The notes under the pieces were generated by a model that saw only the letters and a program-made list of their open reading frames with translations, did not search any database and was not told where the DNA came from. 64,000 nt of DNA from Chrysemys picta bellii (taxonomy: Eukaryota), in the NCBI RefSeq assembly GCF_011386835.1, contig NC_088791.1:281542001-281606000 (forward strand). The letters are read 5' to 3'. The position numbers and the translations under genes are program-made. Below, in pieces: positions 12,762 to 26,727 of this stretch; within the stretch, counting starts at the first letter, position 1, and every line of letters begins with the position of its first letter.

Positions 12762-13385
12762 TCATAGAATCATAGATTCTTAGAAATGTAGGACTAGAAG
12801 GGATCTTGTGATGTCATCTAGTCTGGCGCCCTGCACAGAGTCAGCACCAAGTAAACCTAGACTGTCCCTGCCAGATGTTTGTCTAACCTGTTCTTAAAAA
12901 CCACCAGTAATGGGGATTTCACAACCTCCCTTGGAAGCCTATTCCAGTACTTAACTACCCTTATAGTTAGAACGTTTTTCCTAATAACTAACCTAAATCT
13001 CCCTTGCTGCAGAGTTAGCTGATTACTTTTTGTCCCACCTTCAGTGGACGTGGGGAACAGTTGATCACTATCCTCTTTATAACACCCTTAGTGTATTAGA
13101 AGACTATCAGGTCCACCCTCAGTCTTCTTTTCTCAAAACTCAACATGCCCAGTTTTTTTAACCATTCCTCATTGGTCAGGTTTTCTAAACCTTTCATCAT
13201 TTTTGTTGATGTCCTCTGGACTCTCTCCAATTTGTCCACATCTTTCTTAAAGCATGGTGCCCCAAACTGGACACAATTCTCCAGTTAAGGCCTCACCAAT
13301 GCAGAGGAAAGCAGAACAATTACCTCCTGTGCCTTACATACAGAATGATATTAGCTTTTTTTGCAGCTGCATCACATTAAAGACT
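12762..13385 (-). mobile_element. CR1 LINE 3' fragment (older subfamily), antisense within intron 2 of the candidate gene
   Basis: Starts with TCATAGAATCATAGA (reverse CR1 tail), followed by typical CR1 3' sequence (TAGAAGGGATC..., CCCAAACTGGACACAATTCTCCAG). Confidence 0.9.
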
Positions 13386-13762
13386 TATGTAATGATTACC
13401 ATGTGGGCCCAAGAAACAAGAAAAAATGGCAAATTTGTTATGTATCCAATAGGAATGTAATAAACATTCAAGTTCAGCAGCAATATTCTACAAAAGTGTT
13501 GAACTTTAAATCAGGCATTACTCTGACTGAACAAACATAACAGCATTGTCAGCTCTCAGTTGTTTGATGGTGCATACTTTTTCTACATTATGTGACATTT
13601 CTTTATCCGTCAAGTTAGATGTTAACAAAAGCAACTGAAAGTTATACTCAGGCACTTTCCTCTATATGTATGTATTTAATGGGATTTTTTTTTTAACAAA
13701 ACAAAACATTTCTTTTGCCCATGAAGTGCTGCAGAAAGTGCTTGAGCGTCTTTGTCTTGCAG

Positions 13763-13818
13763 TTTACTTGAAAGAAGAGGCCGAGACTGGAGTGAACTTT
13801 CCAACAGCCAATGTGTGA
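13763..13818 (+). CDS. Candidate microprotein terminal coding exon C: (V)YLKEEAETGVNFPTANV*
   Basis: Acceptor tctttgtcttgcAG, phase 1 start matches exon B, TGA at 13816-13818, followed by UTR-like sequence. Confidence 0.55.
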
Positions 13819-14247
13819 CAAAGCATGCTTAATGGGAAATGAAGTCAAATGTTTTTCTCTTTGAAAATGGCTTCCTCTAGATTTGATGGAGAGCAGATTT
13901 ACTGTAGGAAATTGTTCAATTCCATTCTTGCTTGTTCACTTTGCATTTCATACAAAATGTTTTCTTGCATGCAACATGAAGCAGAATTTTGTCACTGTAC
14001 TGCAGAGGGAAGAAACATAATGTGCTTTGGCGGTCCCTGACAAGATACATACATTAAAACTTTTAAATCTAAATTTATGGGGGAAATGTATGTCATGTCC
14101 CATCATAGAGCTTCACAGCTATTGCATTCATTGCCACTGGTTACTAGCAAAGCTGTTCTTTCTTGTGTTTGTAGCTTGTTTCCCCTGTAAGTGCAATACT
14201 TATACAGAGCTATATTTGGGAGATTGCTTTGTAAAGCTCTGCAAGTA

Positions 14248-14253
14248 AATAAA
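14248..14253 (+). terminator. Putative polyadenylation signal AATAAA
   Basis: About 430 nt after the candidate stop, with a GT/T-rich tract at about 14272-14310. Confidence 0.45.
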
Positions 14254-17200
14254 GTCTTGTTCATAAGCAATTTAACGTGTAACTGTTGGTTAACGTTTTT
14301 TTTAACTGTTTACAAAAAAGTTCAAGTCTTTTTCTCAAACTACATAATTAGATTTTTTTTCAGGTCACAACTCACTGTCTTATCAAAAGGAGTGGGTGGA
14401 TTAGAATTTGGATGTATGAGAAATGCTAAATGGAAACTGTTCAATACTGCTTTGACTGTGGCCAGTCAAACTGTGGTGTCAATTAAAAACTAAGAAGAAC
14501 ATACTGGTAATCCTTTGCTGAATCCAAATGTCTATAACAGTTTGTAGAGCTAGTAAGTATGGGGCATGTTTTAACCAGTTATAAAGCTGTTTAGATGGAT
14601 CAAAAATATATTGGAGAAAGATTATGACAAACATAGAATCCAATTCCCATGTCATATCATCCTTCCTTTTATGTTTTCCATTCTTATTTTAATGTTAAGT
14701 ACTTGAAATACATCCAATATTCTGAACATGTTAATTACAAAATAATTTAAGAGCCTTAGTTCCTCTGAGAGACAGTAGCACCATATTTTCAATCTGAGAA
14801 TACGCAGCAAAATGCTCTGACAATGCTGAATCCCTTTTCTTTTTCCATATTCTGTTTTACATATCCTACACAAGGATTGTACTTGGAAATTTGTCTTTCC
14901 TAAGTAGTGTCCTAACAACAAAGAGGCAAGTTTGCATCCCCTGAGCAGGATCTTGCATTTGTTATTAAAGTTGAATGACCACTGAGGCTAGTGGCAGTTT
15001 AATCTTGAATGAGGAATGCAGGATCTGCCCACTCTAGTTCTTTGCAAACAAACTGTCACAGCTCGGACCTCCTATGGTTTTGCATGTGGGATGTTTATAG
15101 AAAACAGTGGGAGTTTTCTGTGGGGATTATGGCAGGATTAGGAGATATTGCAATGTATCTAGTGCTCTGAGAATTTATCTCCATACAGGTTCTTAACCCA
15201 TGTTTGTAAAATAATTATTTTTGCAGTGGTATGTTCCATATTATGGGAGTTGCTCATAGAAGTCTTAGGGCCCTGTGCAGTAATACCTGCTCACAATAGG
15301 CTTGAATTAAGAGTACTTCGGTAATGTTAACTCTGCATGCCTCTATGTGTATTTGTATTTTATTCATAAAATTATTTTGACATAGCTTTTTTGTGCTTTG
15401 CGTCTTTCTCTTTTCTACTGATCTGTAGCTCACACTGGCATGGTCCCCGTAGGCTTCCACTGACTATGTTTCATATTTTTTCTAATTAATATTCTTTCTT
15501 ATGTGGTCTCTCTGGACCTGTGCTGACATTGCTTCTTTTCACGGCGACACAGTGTCATCCTGTTAGAGACAAATGTTGACATCTTTAAAACGTATACTCT
15601 TAAAAAAGGAATATGTCAGTATTTTACAGTAATGGTCAGTGTGTGGGGCCATTACAGTGAAATGCTGTAGTGTTCTTTTTTAAATATGACAAGAATGTCA
15701 AGTTAAAGTACAAGAAAATGGGAAATTAGCATCATTTAGAAGAAATAATAACTTGATCATATGCAAAAAAATAGTTGTTTGCCAAATGTATATATCTGTT
15801 GTTTCACTTGAATAACTGAAACTCTCAAGCCTAAATTAAAGGGACACTGTCAGTAAGTTTAGGTCAAAAACATAAGTTTGAAAATAGAAAAGTTTTACCA
15901 GTGCTAATAAAAATACTTTCATGCTTTAAAAACAATAATTCAATAAAGCCTTCATAGATATTCTCTGGCACTGTTGGAAACACAACATTACTTCATTGTA
16001 TTAGTGCCAGAGCACTTAATGCTGAACCTGACTAAGCAGCTCTTAGTCAGTGTCTGCCTCTGTAGCTTTTCCATGCTTGATATTCCCAAGTCTGTCTGTC
16101 TACCTACTCAGTCTATAGTATTTCTCTAACGTCTATCACTGTATTCAAGTACTGAGAGTTCTGTACACAGAGTGAAATTCATTGCTCTGCAGAGGTTCCG
16201 TATCACTGTATCATTTAAATACCACTTAAGGCATAGGTTTAAGTGGGACTGAAATGGTGCATAAACTTTGCTCTGGCCCTTTGCATATTGATGAGCTTCA
16301 TCAAGTGACCATGGAATGAGACCCTGATAGTCCATTATGAGTGAAATACACCAGTAAACAGTATAAGTGATAAACCTGTATTTATCTGATTCTTTCACAT
16401 TAATAATTTAAAGTGCTATGTGTAATACTGGTAAAGACTTTTTTTAAAATTAGACTCATAAATACAAAGTCCCCGTAAAAACTAAAGTTTTATAATTAAA
16501 TATTAGGTGCTTTTGGTTTCTGTAGCTTGTTTGAAATAGATGGAAAAAGGCTGTTCCTAGGACATTTCTAGGATCAGGCACTTAGAGGCCGTTAAAAACT
16601 GCATAACTAATTATACTTATTTTTTTTTAGTTGAAAAAAATCTATTAAACACATTTTAAATTAAATTAAATTAAATCTTGACCGACAATTAAGTTTAAAC
16701 CTGATACAATAAAGCCAATTTATCCTTACAGTGTGATTCAGTTCTGGAAAGTGACTGTGTCAAAGTGTTATCCTGGTGTTCCAAGTTCATTGTCTCTCAG
16801 TCACTAGCATATGAAATGTGCCCAATTTTGCTATTCAGAAAAGATATTTTTCTAATGGCTAGCCCAGAAAACTCATCTGGCTTCTGGCCACCAGGCAAAA
16901 TTCTGCTTTCAGTGTCATGGGAATGAATCCTCTGTCTTCAAATTATGCCCTTGTTATGAGGGTAAGGTGGGGTTTGCTTCCTTGTGGAAAAGGTGGGTGG
17001 TCCTGTCTAATCTGTATGGAACTGCACTGTTTCCAGAGCCCCTCCATTCCATTGCATCTTAATGGCAGCATAGAGGGGGCTCACGGCATGGAGGTAGTGT
17101 TCTCCAAAGGTACTTTATGACCTTAATGGTGAATCTCAGCTGGGTTAATATGGGGTGACAATGCATGAAAACTCATTCCTCCATCATGTCTATTTCCAGG

Positions 17201-18809
17201 ACACTACCTCCTGAGGCATGAATCTGGATTGCTACAGAGGAAGATCCAAGCAAGGGAGAGGCAATGCTATTCATGTGGTATTCCCTCCCCTTGTACTTTG
17301 TCTCTTGGAAAACACCAAGTTTTCATACCTTCTGACCATGATGGTGGAGGAAAGGATTTGGATATATACCAAAAACAAATAAGAAGGAATGTAAAAAAGA
17401 TAAGAAAAATATTTCCAAATGTAAACTCAGAAAGGAGGAGCTGTAAGCTTATGGCTATATAATTCCCGAGTCCTACAGAGGCACTGGATTCCCAGTCCAA
17501 TCTTTTTTCCAGATGTTCTGCCTCTGTGGAAGCTGTGGAGTGGTTTGGAAAAGATGGGAGCAGAAAGAGTCCGGAGGCCCTTTAGGACCTCTAGCACAGT
17601 ATGTAACAGCTCTCTACTTAGAGCATGCAGTAGGTGATCTTTTTCAAAACACTCTTTCATTTTCATGGTATTAAAAAGATGTACAAAAACTGACTGTGCC
17701 CATGAGGTCCAGGAGTCGGATCATTTTTCTCTTTTGTGAGTGGGCAGCTGTAACTTAAGGACTGCATGTTGAACGTTAGCTTTCTTGAGATAATAAAGTC
17801 TCGTAGAAGAGAAATATATAAAACTAGATCCATGGAAATAGTAAAAGGTCATTTCCATGGAAACCACAGGAAACTCTCAAACTATGATTTTGAAAGAGTC
17901 TGTCTTTGAAGCTGCAGAATGCTTGAACAATGAGATTTGTTTTAAATTAGAATCCAATCTCTATCTTTTAAGTGATAGACACTTAAAAGTGTTATTTCTA
18001 ATTTAATGCAATCTTTTGCTAGGAAGGAGATGAATGTATATGTCAAAGCCAGCTGTATTGTTAAGTTTGGCCTTCAATAGAACTCTTTGGTATCTTTCTC
18101 TGCTTTTGCCTCCTGTTGTGAATGGCTGAGCTTTTATACTGAGCATGCTAACCTTTTAGGATTTGTGGCTGAGGTTTCCATTTGCTGTGGTTTCATCTGC
18201 TGTCTACACCTTAGGCCATAAATCTAGCCTCAACAGACTGCTGTCTAGAATACTTTATATATATATATATATATGAACTAGAATACACAGTGAAACAAGG
18301 TGAAAATAACTATGCAGCAAAAGAGCTATCTTTATGGGTAAGTTCTGTATAATGGGGTGAAAGCAATAGGGTACTAGATTTTTTTCTTAGATCTCCTTTC
18401 TAGAGAATTTTTTAAACATCCTATAATTAAACAAACAAAAAATTATTCTCTAGCGTGTTACAAAATTCTATAGAAAATGTATCATTCTCCATTTAATTCT
18501 ATAGGGTTTTTTTCCTGTAAGGGTAGAGAAAATTTCTGAAATGTTCATAATAAGGAGGTAGTAGAAGGATGAAAAAAATGGTGGAAACAAGACAATTAAA
18601 GGTGGGTTTTAAGCCACTAGAACATATGTGCACTTGCTTTCAGTGCAGAGATAGAGGCAAATATGAATGTTGTTTGTCACAGCCTCAGAAGTCTGCTACA
18701 TTGTCTTTTTTTATTAAATGATACTATATCAACATTTCAATACGCAAGAGCTTTCAAGCAAGGTAACACATAATGTAGGAATCCTTAACCTAGATAAAGT
18801 TAAAAGTAG

Positions 18810-19010
18810 TACACCTCTACCCCGATATAATGTGACCCGATATAACATGAATTTGGATATAACGCGTAAAGCAGTGCTCCGGGGGGGGGAGGAGGGGCGG
18901 GGCTGCACACTCCGGCGGATCAAAGCAAGTTCGATATAACGCGGTTTCGCCTATAACGTGGTAAGATTTTTTGGCTCCCGAGGACAGCGTTATATCGAGG
19001 TAGAGGTGTA
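18810..19010. mobile_element. Tc1/mariner (Tigger-like) MITE, copy 1
   Basis: TA TSD; TIR CACCTCTACCCCGATATAA / TTATATCGAGGTAGAGGTG. Confidence 0.9.
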
Positions 19011-20874
19011 GTAGAGTAGAACAAGCCATAATGAAAATAGGCTCAGAGATCACTTCCTCCTTTTTTCTTCATCCTCATCTTCTTCCACATAGTGTCTTTC
19101 ATCCAAGGCTCTCAAAATGCTTTACCTATATTAAGCCTCTCAATCTGTAAGGTAGGTAGATATTGTTATTCTGAGTTTGTAGATGAGTCAGTTGAGACTC
19201 AGACAGATTAAGGCTAAAGTTTCAGAAGTGTTCCTTAATTTGATGTGCCTCCGGATTTGGATGCCCAGCCCGAGACAACTAGTGCCTGATATTCAGCGGT
19301 GCCGAGGACCCACAACTCGTGCTGAAGTCAATTGCTTTCCTATAGAAAGGCATCTGATAAATCACTGTAGGAGCAGAAATTCTGTTTAGGAAGTGACAAG
19401 TGGGAAAGCAGAGGTTAGTTATCCACTGGACTGCAGTTCAACCTGGATAGGCTTTATATGGCTTTCTTCCTGCCATTTAGAGTGTTGGTAATCAAAAACA
19501 GATCACAGAAGACACTATGAGCCTTGTGCAACATCACTGATGTCCAGGGCACTGAACAGGGTGGGAGTCAGCACAGTTGGCTGTAATGCTGACAAGTAGT
19601 TACTCCATTTTATTTGGAAGACGTTTTGAATATGCATGAAACATTCAAACATTATAAAAAAGTATAAACATGCAATGGTGCGCTGTGAGGGAATTACAAG
19701 TTGAGCTCCTGGCAACAAGCAACATATATGTAAAAGACTGTTTACAAATTTTTCTGAGTGTTTGGCATTATGACTAACTCAGCCCTGCTTGGTAGTGGAT
19801 ATTGTTGTAGTCACCCTAAGTATGTATTTCATTGCTGTGCTGTTACTTTGGTGGCATTCGTCACGATGCCTCATTTCCCTAGCTAATATCAGCTTTTGCT
19901 CCTGGTTTGATTGGACGAGGTTGTTAGAAATGACACAGTGCCCTTCTGCTCCTTTCTTTGTTTCTTAGCTTTGGCCAGCTCAAGACCCAGAGGTGGAAGG
20001 GAACAGGTTGCGCTGATATTAGACTACCAAGATGCCCATGATCCATGCAATTTTAGGCTATTTTCTAAGGGACCTGGAGGAGATAGATACGCAACTCTGC
20101 TGCACAGTGTCTAACTTCCACCAGCTCTTTGAAAATCGCAGCATTAATTAGTAAATCTACAGAATACAAATTAATTCAAATACATTGAATTATTATATGG
20201 AGAGCTCTTCTTGTCTTCAGATTAGCTGAGCTGCCATTGAAGTCATACCCCCCGTCTGACAATGTCCTATTTCCTGATTATTCTGGAAATCAAACCAAAT
20301 ATTGACCATAGACATCCAGACAACATATTTTATGTGAACAATTATTTCCATAAGGAATCTGCTGAATCCTTACTGGAGTCCTCTATCCCACTGCTTCTAC
20401 CTCCCCAATGTAGAAGCTTTGTGTCAGAGCTCTCATTTCTCTGGTGAAGAAATACTGAACAAGATTCCTTTCAGAGGCTATGTACTTCGTCGGAGAGATT
20501 GCTGTTGAGCCGCACTCCGAGAAGCATCCTCAGCTCTCTCTCTCCCTTTATCTTGGGCCTGATCCAAAGCCATCAAAGTCAATGGAAAGAATCACAATGA
20601 CTTCAAGTTTTGTCTTGCAGGGAGTAAGAGATCAAAAATGAGAATTAAATTGAGCTCTTTTAAATGGTAACAGAACCCCCTGGGGCACTTCATTATTTTT
20701 CTCCAATAGGGTCTGATTCTGTAGCTGCTCTATGTAGGAAACTTGCTTAGAAGTCAGTGGGAGATGTGGAGATGGGGTGGGTACATATCTGAATGGGTAT
20801 GTCTTTGGTGTTTGCCTGAGAGTCAACCTGAAAAAATGTAGATCAGTCATTTTTATATGAATTACTTCCTATGT

Positions 20875-20958
20875 TGTAGGTGCTGGAAGTAGGAGTGCTG
20901 GGGGTCATATACAAGGTTTACAGTTTGGTTCAATGGCTCTCAGCACCCCCATTATACA
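20875..20958. mobile_element. Short MITE fragment, inverted relative to the copy at 38547
   Basis: GGTTTACAGTTTGGTTCAATGGCTCTCAGCACCCCCA closely matches the reverse complement of about 38575-38610. Confidence 0.65.
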
Positions 20959-21742
20959 ATCAGGATCGATTGGTCTGATTTGCCCCTGCCTTACCCCACT
21001 TTTACATCCATGTAAAGGTATTGACTTCAGTGGACTTACTCCTGATTGTTCTCCATTTAAATGAGAGGGGAATCAGGTCCAGTCAGTAGGCCAAATCCTG
21101 CTGTCATTGGGAGTTTTGCCATGGGCATCAATGGGACCAGAATGTAGCCTTTTGTCTATCCATTTGTAAGGTATATTGTTGTTGTTTTTTTTTAAAGATG
21201 GCCTCTATTGGCACAGTGCTTTTTCTCTTACACTGTTATTGTCATCATTAAAACTGCCAATGCTCAAATGTGAATTTTCAAGATTAAAATAAAAGAAAAT
21301 ATGGTTTTAAATGTTTAAAGTAGGTCAAAGGCTTCACTTAAAATGAGGGTTGGTGGTTTGACCACACAAAAAAAAATACTAGGCAATAATTCAGTCGTAA
21401 TTTTCCTGCTCTCAATGATTCTGAAAGTGGGAAGGTGGAAAAAAATCAGTTTGATTTTTTTATAGTATATTTAGCTGTTGAAAGGTCAAATGAAAGGTTA
21501 TCTTTATTTGATATTTTTGAGCATTATAGGAAGGGATGGATGAAATGAAGGACTGTGGAAAGTATTTAAGGTATGAGGAAACTAGGTAAAAAAAACATCA
21601 ACAGAGAAATTATCATTCATTTTGCACTTGCAGAAAAATGCACATTAAAAAGTCCAAGGGAAGATAATCATATTAGTCAAGAACTCAAATTTTCATTAAG
21701 AGAAATGAAACCATTCATCATCATTATTAGTAATTTATTAGT

Positions 21743-21933
21743 TACACCTCTACCCCAATATAACGCGACCCGATATAACACAAATTTGGATATAACGCGG
21801 TAAAGCAGTGCTCCAGAGGTGCGGGGCTGTGCGCTCCGGTGGACCAAGCAAGTTCAAGATAACGCAGTTTCACCTATAATGCGGTAAGTTTTTTTGGCTC
21901 CCGAGGACAGCGTTGTATCGGGGTAGAGGTGTA
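21743..21933. mobile_element. Tc1/mariner (Tigger-like) MITE, copy 2
   Basis: Same TIRs and TA TSD as 18810-19010; internal sequence homologous. Confidence 0.9.
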
Positions 21934-23948
21934 TGTGCATTTTGTTAGTGCTTGCCATGCGGTAGGTGCTGCCAATGCACACAAGGAGGATCAATCAGTC
22001 CCTGGAAGGGCTTACCACCAAAGGCTTTCATTGTAGAAAATGGTCTGCACAGGCAGACCCCAGGTCTCATGTGGAAACCAATTGACTCCAACAGGACTCT
22101 GTATGTGCCCAGCAGTCTGTCTGTATGGAGCAGCTTGCAGGGCTGGGATGTAAGGGCTTAGCCCTAATAACACTCAAGTTTAGGGAACTAAGTTATTCAT
22201 GCCCATAGGTGTTTTTAATAACAGGTCCCAATTTCAGAAGTAACTTAAGAAATGGAGGATGAGCAATTCTCAACTGTGTCAGCCAATGGACAAAAATATA
22301 AACAGAAAGGCAACCAGCAAGAAATTTTAAACTAAAAGCCTGTCCTCAGTCCATTTGTATTACATCATGTGAGTGTCACATGTGGTTTAATCTTTACTGC
22401 TCTAATTGAAGAGAAGAGCAGAAAAGATTGGTCCTGGAATGCTAAAGATTATCAATATTTTTCTATCCAAAACCACAATGAAAACAAACAAAAATATGTG
22501 GTAATCATTCCAACTGCAGTCTGATCTAGACTCGTCCAACCTAATTTAATCTGACCTATCGATCATTAAGAATATTTTCCTATTAATAATAAATAAATAT
22601 GATTGAACAGAAATGTTATACATTTTATTCAATAGCAATGATAGCCAAACATTTATAATTAATGTTAAGATTTTACCAAATAGGGCCATATTGTGTTATC
22701 CAATTTGACCCCCGTGTGCCATCTAGGAAGTTAAAAAGGGCTAGAAACTGGCTCTGTCGGAGATGAACCTCCTGCTTTTGTCAGCCTACTGCTCTTTTTT
22801 TTGTCAGCTACCCTCCCTCTTCCCTGCCGGGGTGTGCTGGGAGCAGGAGTTGGATAGGTCATTGTGAAGGAGATCCATTCCACTACACCTGTGTTGCATT
22901 GGCATTGGGACTATTAAGGACTCTGGACCAGTTTCACAAGTTAAAGCTGTTTGGAAACATTTCTAAGTGTCATAATGGCTGGAGTAGACCTTGAGAGTCA
23001 GGGAGCTAGAACCGGCTTCTTTTCACCTCTCCTGAACTCAGGCTCAGGAAGGATCAAACCCATCATGATTGCTTGTTAATAAATTCAATAGCTGTATATA
23101 ATTTAAAAAGAGAATATCTTGCTCAGGATTATCAGCTTGTGTACAGTCACATACCTCTTTGGTGGAGATATGGTCTTTATTTTTTGTTTAACATAATGGT
23201 GAGCTCATTGTGAGTGCTGATAAAATAAATATTAAGGTGTAATCAGAATAATAATTAGTAATAATGAAGATCCAAGATCCAGTTTTTTCTGTGATGTAAG
23301 TCAGTTGTGGATAATGGAAGTTGCACCAGGGATAAATTTGTCTGTCTAGGTCCTTGCATAATATGAGTACACTGGGTGCACAATAAGATTGTCATGGTTG
23401 CTTGAGGGTACAATTCTGCCTTCATATATACAGGTGCAGGACCGATCCATTAGAGTCAATCGGAACTCGGTGCATGAACTCAAGGACTGAATGTGGCCCT
23501 TAGCTGTGCATTTTTTGACTCCTTAAGTGTTTTAAATCTGTCCTTAATATTCCATGAATGTAGTTGTTTGTACTGAATACACTGTAGTTGCTTTTGTGCA
23601 GTATTCTATGTATCTCTGTCTCTTTTTGTCTTTCAGCCTGTCTTTTTTTTCCCTTTTTTGCCCTAAAATATTACGTTTGTTTACATGGGTTTGCACTGAG
23701 TGCATTACTTGCAAGTAGCAGAGTGAAATACAGATACTATATGAGTAATAAAAGCACTGGTTCCTAACAACTGTACATAAATATAACATTTTAAGGAAGG
23801 TTATAATGTTTGACGTATTTCACATCTCCCTAGAGATGCATTGTTGGCCAGGTAAGTGATTTTCATTTTTATTTTTGTTTGTTTCACCAAATCATTACAA
23901 GAGCTTGTGCAAAAAGAAAACATAACCATACCCCTTGCAGCTATTTTG

Positions 23949-25631
23949 TACGGCTGATGATTAATTGCAGTTAATTCATGCGATTAACTCAAAAAATTAA
24001 TCACGATTAAAAATTAATTGCGATTAATCACAGTTTTAATTACACTGTTAAACAATAGAACACCAATTGAAATTAAATATTTTGGATGTTTTTCTACATT
24101 TTCAAATATATTGATTTCAATTACAACACAGAATACAAAGTTTACAGTGCTCGCTTTATATTATTTTCAATACAAATATTTGCACTGTAAAAATGATAAA
24201 AAGAAGAAATAATATTTTTCAATTCTCCTCATACAAGTACTGTAGTGCAATCTCTTTATCGTGAAAGCTCAACTTACAAATGTAGATTTTTTTTTGTTAC
24301 CTAACTGCATTCAAAATCAGAACAATGTAAAACTTAGAGTCTACAAGTCCACTCAGTCCTACTTCTTGTTCAGCCAATTGCTAAGAGAAACAAGTTTGTT
24401 TACATTTACGGGCGAGAATGCTGCCCGCTTCTTATTTACAATGTCACCTGAAAATGAGAACAGACGTTCGCATGACACTTTTGTAGCCATAAGTGCAGGG
24501 TATTTACGTGCCAGATATGCTAAATATTCATATGTGCCTTCATGCTTTGGCCACCATTTCAGAAGATATGCTTCCATGCTGATGATGCTCGTTAAAAAAA
24601 TGTGTTAATTAAATTTGTGACTGAACTCCTTGAGGGAGAATTGTATGTCTCCTGCTCTGTGTTGTACCCACATTCTACCATATATTTCATGTTATAGCAG
24701 TCTCGGATGATGACTCAGCACATGTTCCTTTTAAAAACACTTTCACTGCAGATTTGACAAAATGTAAAGAAGGTACCAATGTGAGATTTCTAAAGATTGC
24801 TACAGCACTTGACCCAAGGTTTAAGAATCTGAAGTGCCTTCCAAAACCTGAGAGGGACGAGGTGTGGAAGCTTCTTTCAGAAGTCTTAAAAGAGCAACAC
24901 TTAAATATGGAAAGTACAGAACCCGAACCACCAAAAAAGAAAATCAACCTTCTGCTGGTGACATCTGACTTAGGTGATGAAAATGAATATGCATCGGTCC
25001 GCACAGCTTTGAGTAGTTATCGAGCAGAACCCATCATCAGCATGGACGCATGTCCTCTGGTTTAAGCATGAAGGGACATACGAATCTTTTGCGCATCTGG
25101 CACGTAAGTATCTTGCAATGCCAGCTACAATAGTGCCATGCGAATGCCTGATCTCACTTTCAGGTGATATTGTAAACAAGAAGTGGCTAGCATTATCTCC
25201 TGCAAATGTAAACAAAATTGTTTGTCTGAGCAATTGGCTAAACAACAAGTAGGACTGAGTGGACTAGTAGGCAATAACATTTTAAGTTTTATTTTTGAAT
25301 GCAGTTATTTTTTGTACATAATTTAACATTTGTAATTTCAACTTTCATGATAAAGAGATTGCACTACAGTACTTGCATTAAGTGAATTGACAAATACTAT
25401 TTCTTTTGTTTTTACAGTGCAAATATTTATAATAAAAATAAATATAACGTGAACACGGCACACTTCATATTCTGTGTTGTAATTGAAATCAATATATTTG
25501 AAAATGTGGAAAACATCCAAAAATATTTACATAAATGTTATTCTATTATTGTTTAACAGCGCGATTAATCACAATTATTTTTAAGCTTATGATTAAGCGT
25601 GATTAATTTTCTTAATCGCTTGATAGCCCTA
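23949..25631. mobile_element. hAT transposon derivative, fold-back, with transposase C-terminal remnants on both strands
   Basis: Perfect 8-bp TSD CTATTTTG (23941-23948 and 25632-25639). Termini TACGGCTGATGATTAA / TTAATCGCTTGATAGCCCTA with GATTAA subterminal repeats. Contains the ATALDPRFK motif and hAT dimerisation-domain sequence (LARKYLAMPAT..CE). Confidence 0.92.
24754..25250 (+). pseudogene. hAT transposase C-terminal fragment (frameshifted), including the hATC dimerisation domain
   Basis: IATALDPRFKNLKCLPKPERDEVW...; then HLARKYLAMPATIVPCE...SGDIVNKK after a small deletion. Confidence 0.85.
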
Positions 25632-26727
25632 CTATTTTGTTCAATATTCATTGTCTCTATCATATGCAAGCTGAAAATGCTGATAGCATAACTTTTGCAG
25701 ACTGAAACAATGTCAGTCCTGTCCTCTTGGTTATCAATAGGGATTTTGCCACTGACTTCAGTGGGAGCAGAAATGGGCCTATTTACCCATTTAAACCCTC
25801 CATAGTGAAATGTAGAATCTTCCCACAATTTCTTGGATCCAGTTCTGAACTGAGTGACACCAGTGTAATTGGTAGAAACTCATTAGAAGTCAATGGACTT
25901 GCATCCAAACAGCATCACTGTGAGGGAGAATCATGGTGAATCCTTGTATAAATGAGTGCATATACAAAGAGGAAACATGATATTTATTTATAGATATTTA
26001 CTTTTGGCATGCAAATTACAATTTTACGAGTGTCTTTTCTTCCCACATGTATACATAATTCCTGTTCCCTTAAAGGGAGTTGCACACATATAGAGAGGTA
26101 AGAAAAGCTTCCCAGAAATTTGAGCTGAAAAACAATTCTAAAAATGACACTATGGAGTTCTATTTCTATTTTCTCTCAGTGACTTCCATGTCAGTCTAGT
26201 TCAGAAGCCAAAAGATGACTTTTCTAATTGGCAGGTCTGCATACACAGTCTTGGATGTGAAAATCAATGTGTGTTCCTTCTGCCTCTCACATCATCTCTA
26301 CTAAAAAAAACCTCTGCAGTTCAAATTTAGATAAATCATTTTGTTGATGATGGGCGAGACAGAACAGAATTTAGGTCATTCTTCTACAGTGGTGTTGTCT
26401 ATGTAGTGCAAACAGTAGTAAAAACTTGATATTTGTTGTTAAAATAAGTGAATGTGAGTTGCAAACAGTCTGAGCAGATAGGGTAAGTAGGAAGAGAAGG
26501 TATTATTATAACAGTTAATTTTCCGACTATGACCACATTTAAATGTTAATCACTAAGGGCCAGATCCAACACCCACTAAGTCAATGAAAGGACTCCATTT
26601 GGCTTTGGATTGGGGCCTAAATCATAGAACATATCACTTATCTTATTGGTTCTGTCAAGTAAATATAAATGACACTTTGGAGGCTTGTCTGTGTATAGTA
26701 TCCTTCACAAGAGTTCTTCATCTAGAC

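Noticed and set aside
16900-17700. Region with LINE-like texture
   Set aside because: No recognisable RT or endonuclease motif in any frame; left unannotated
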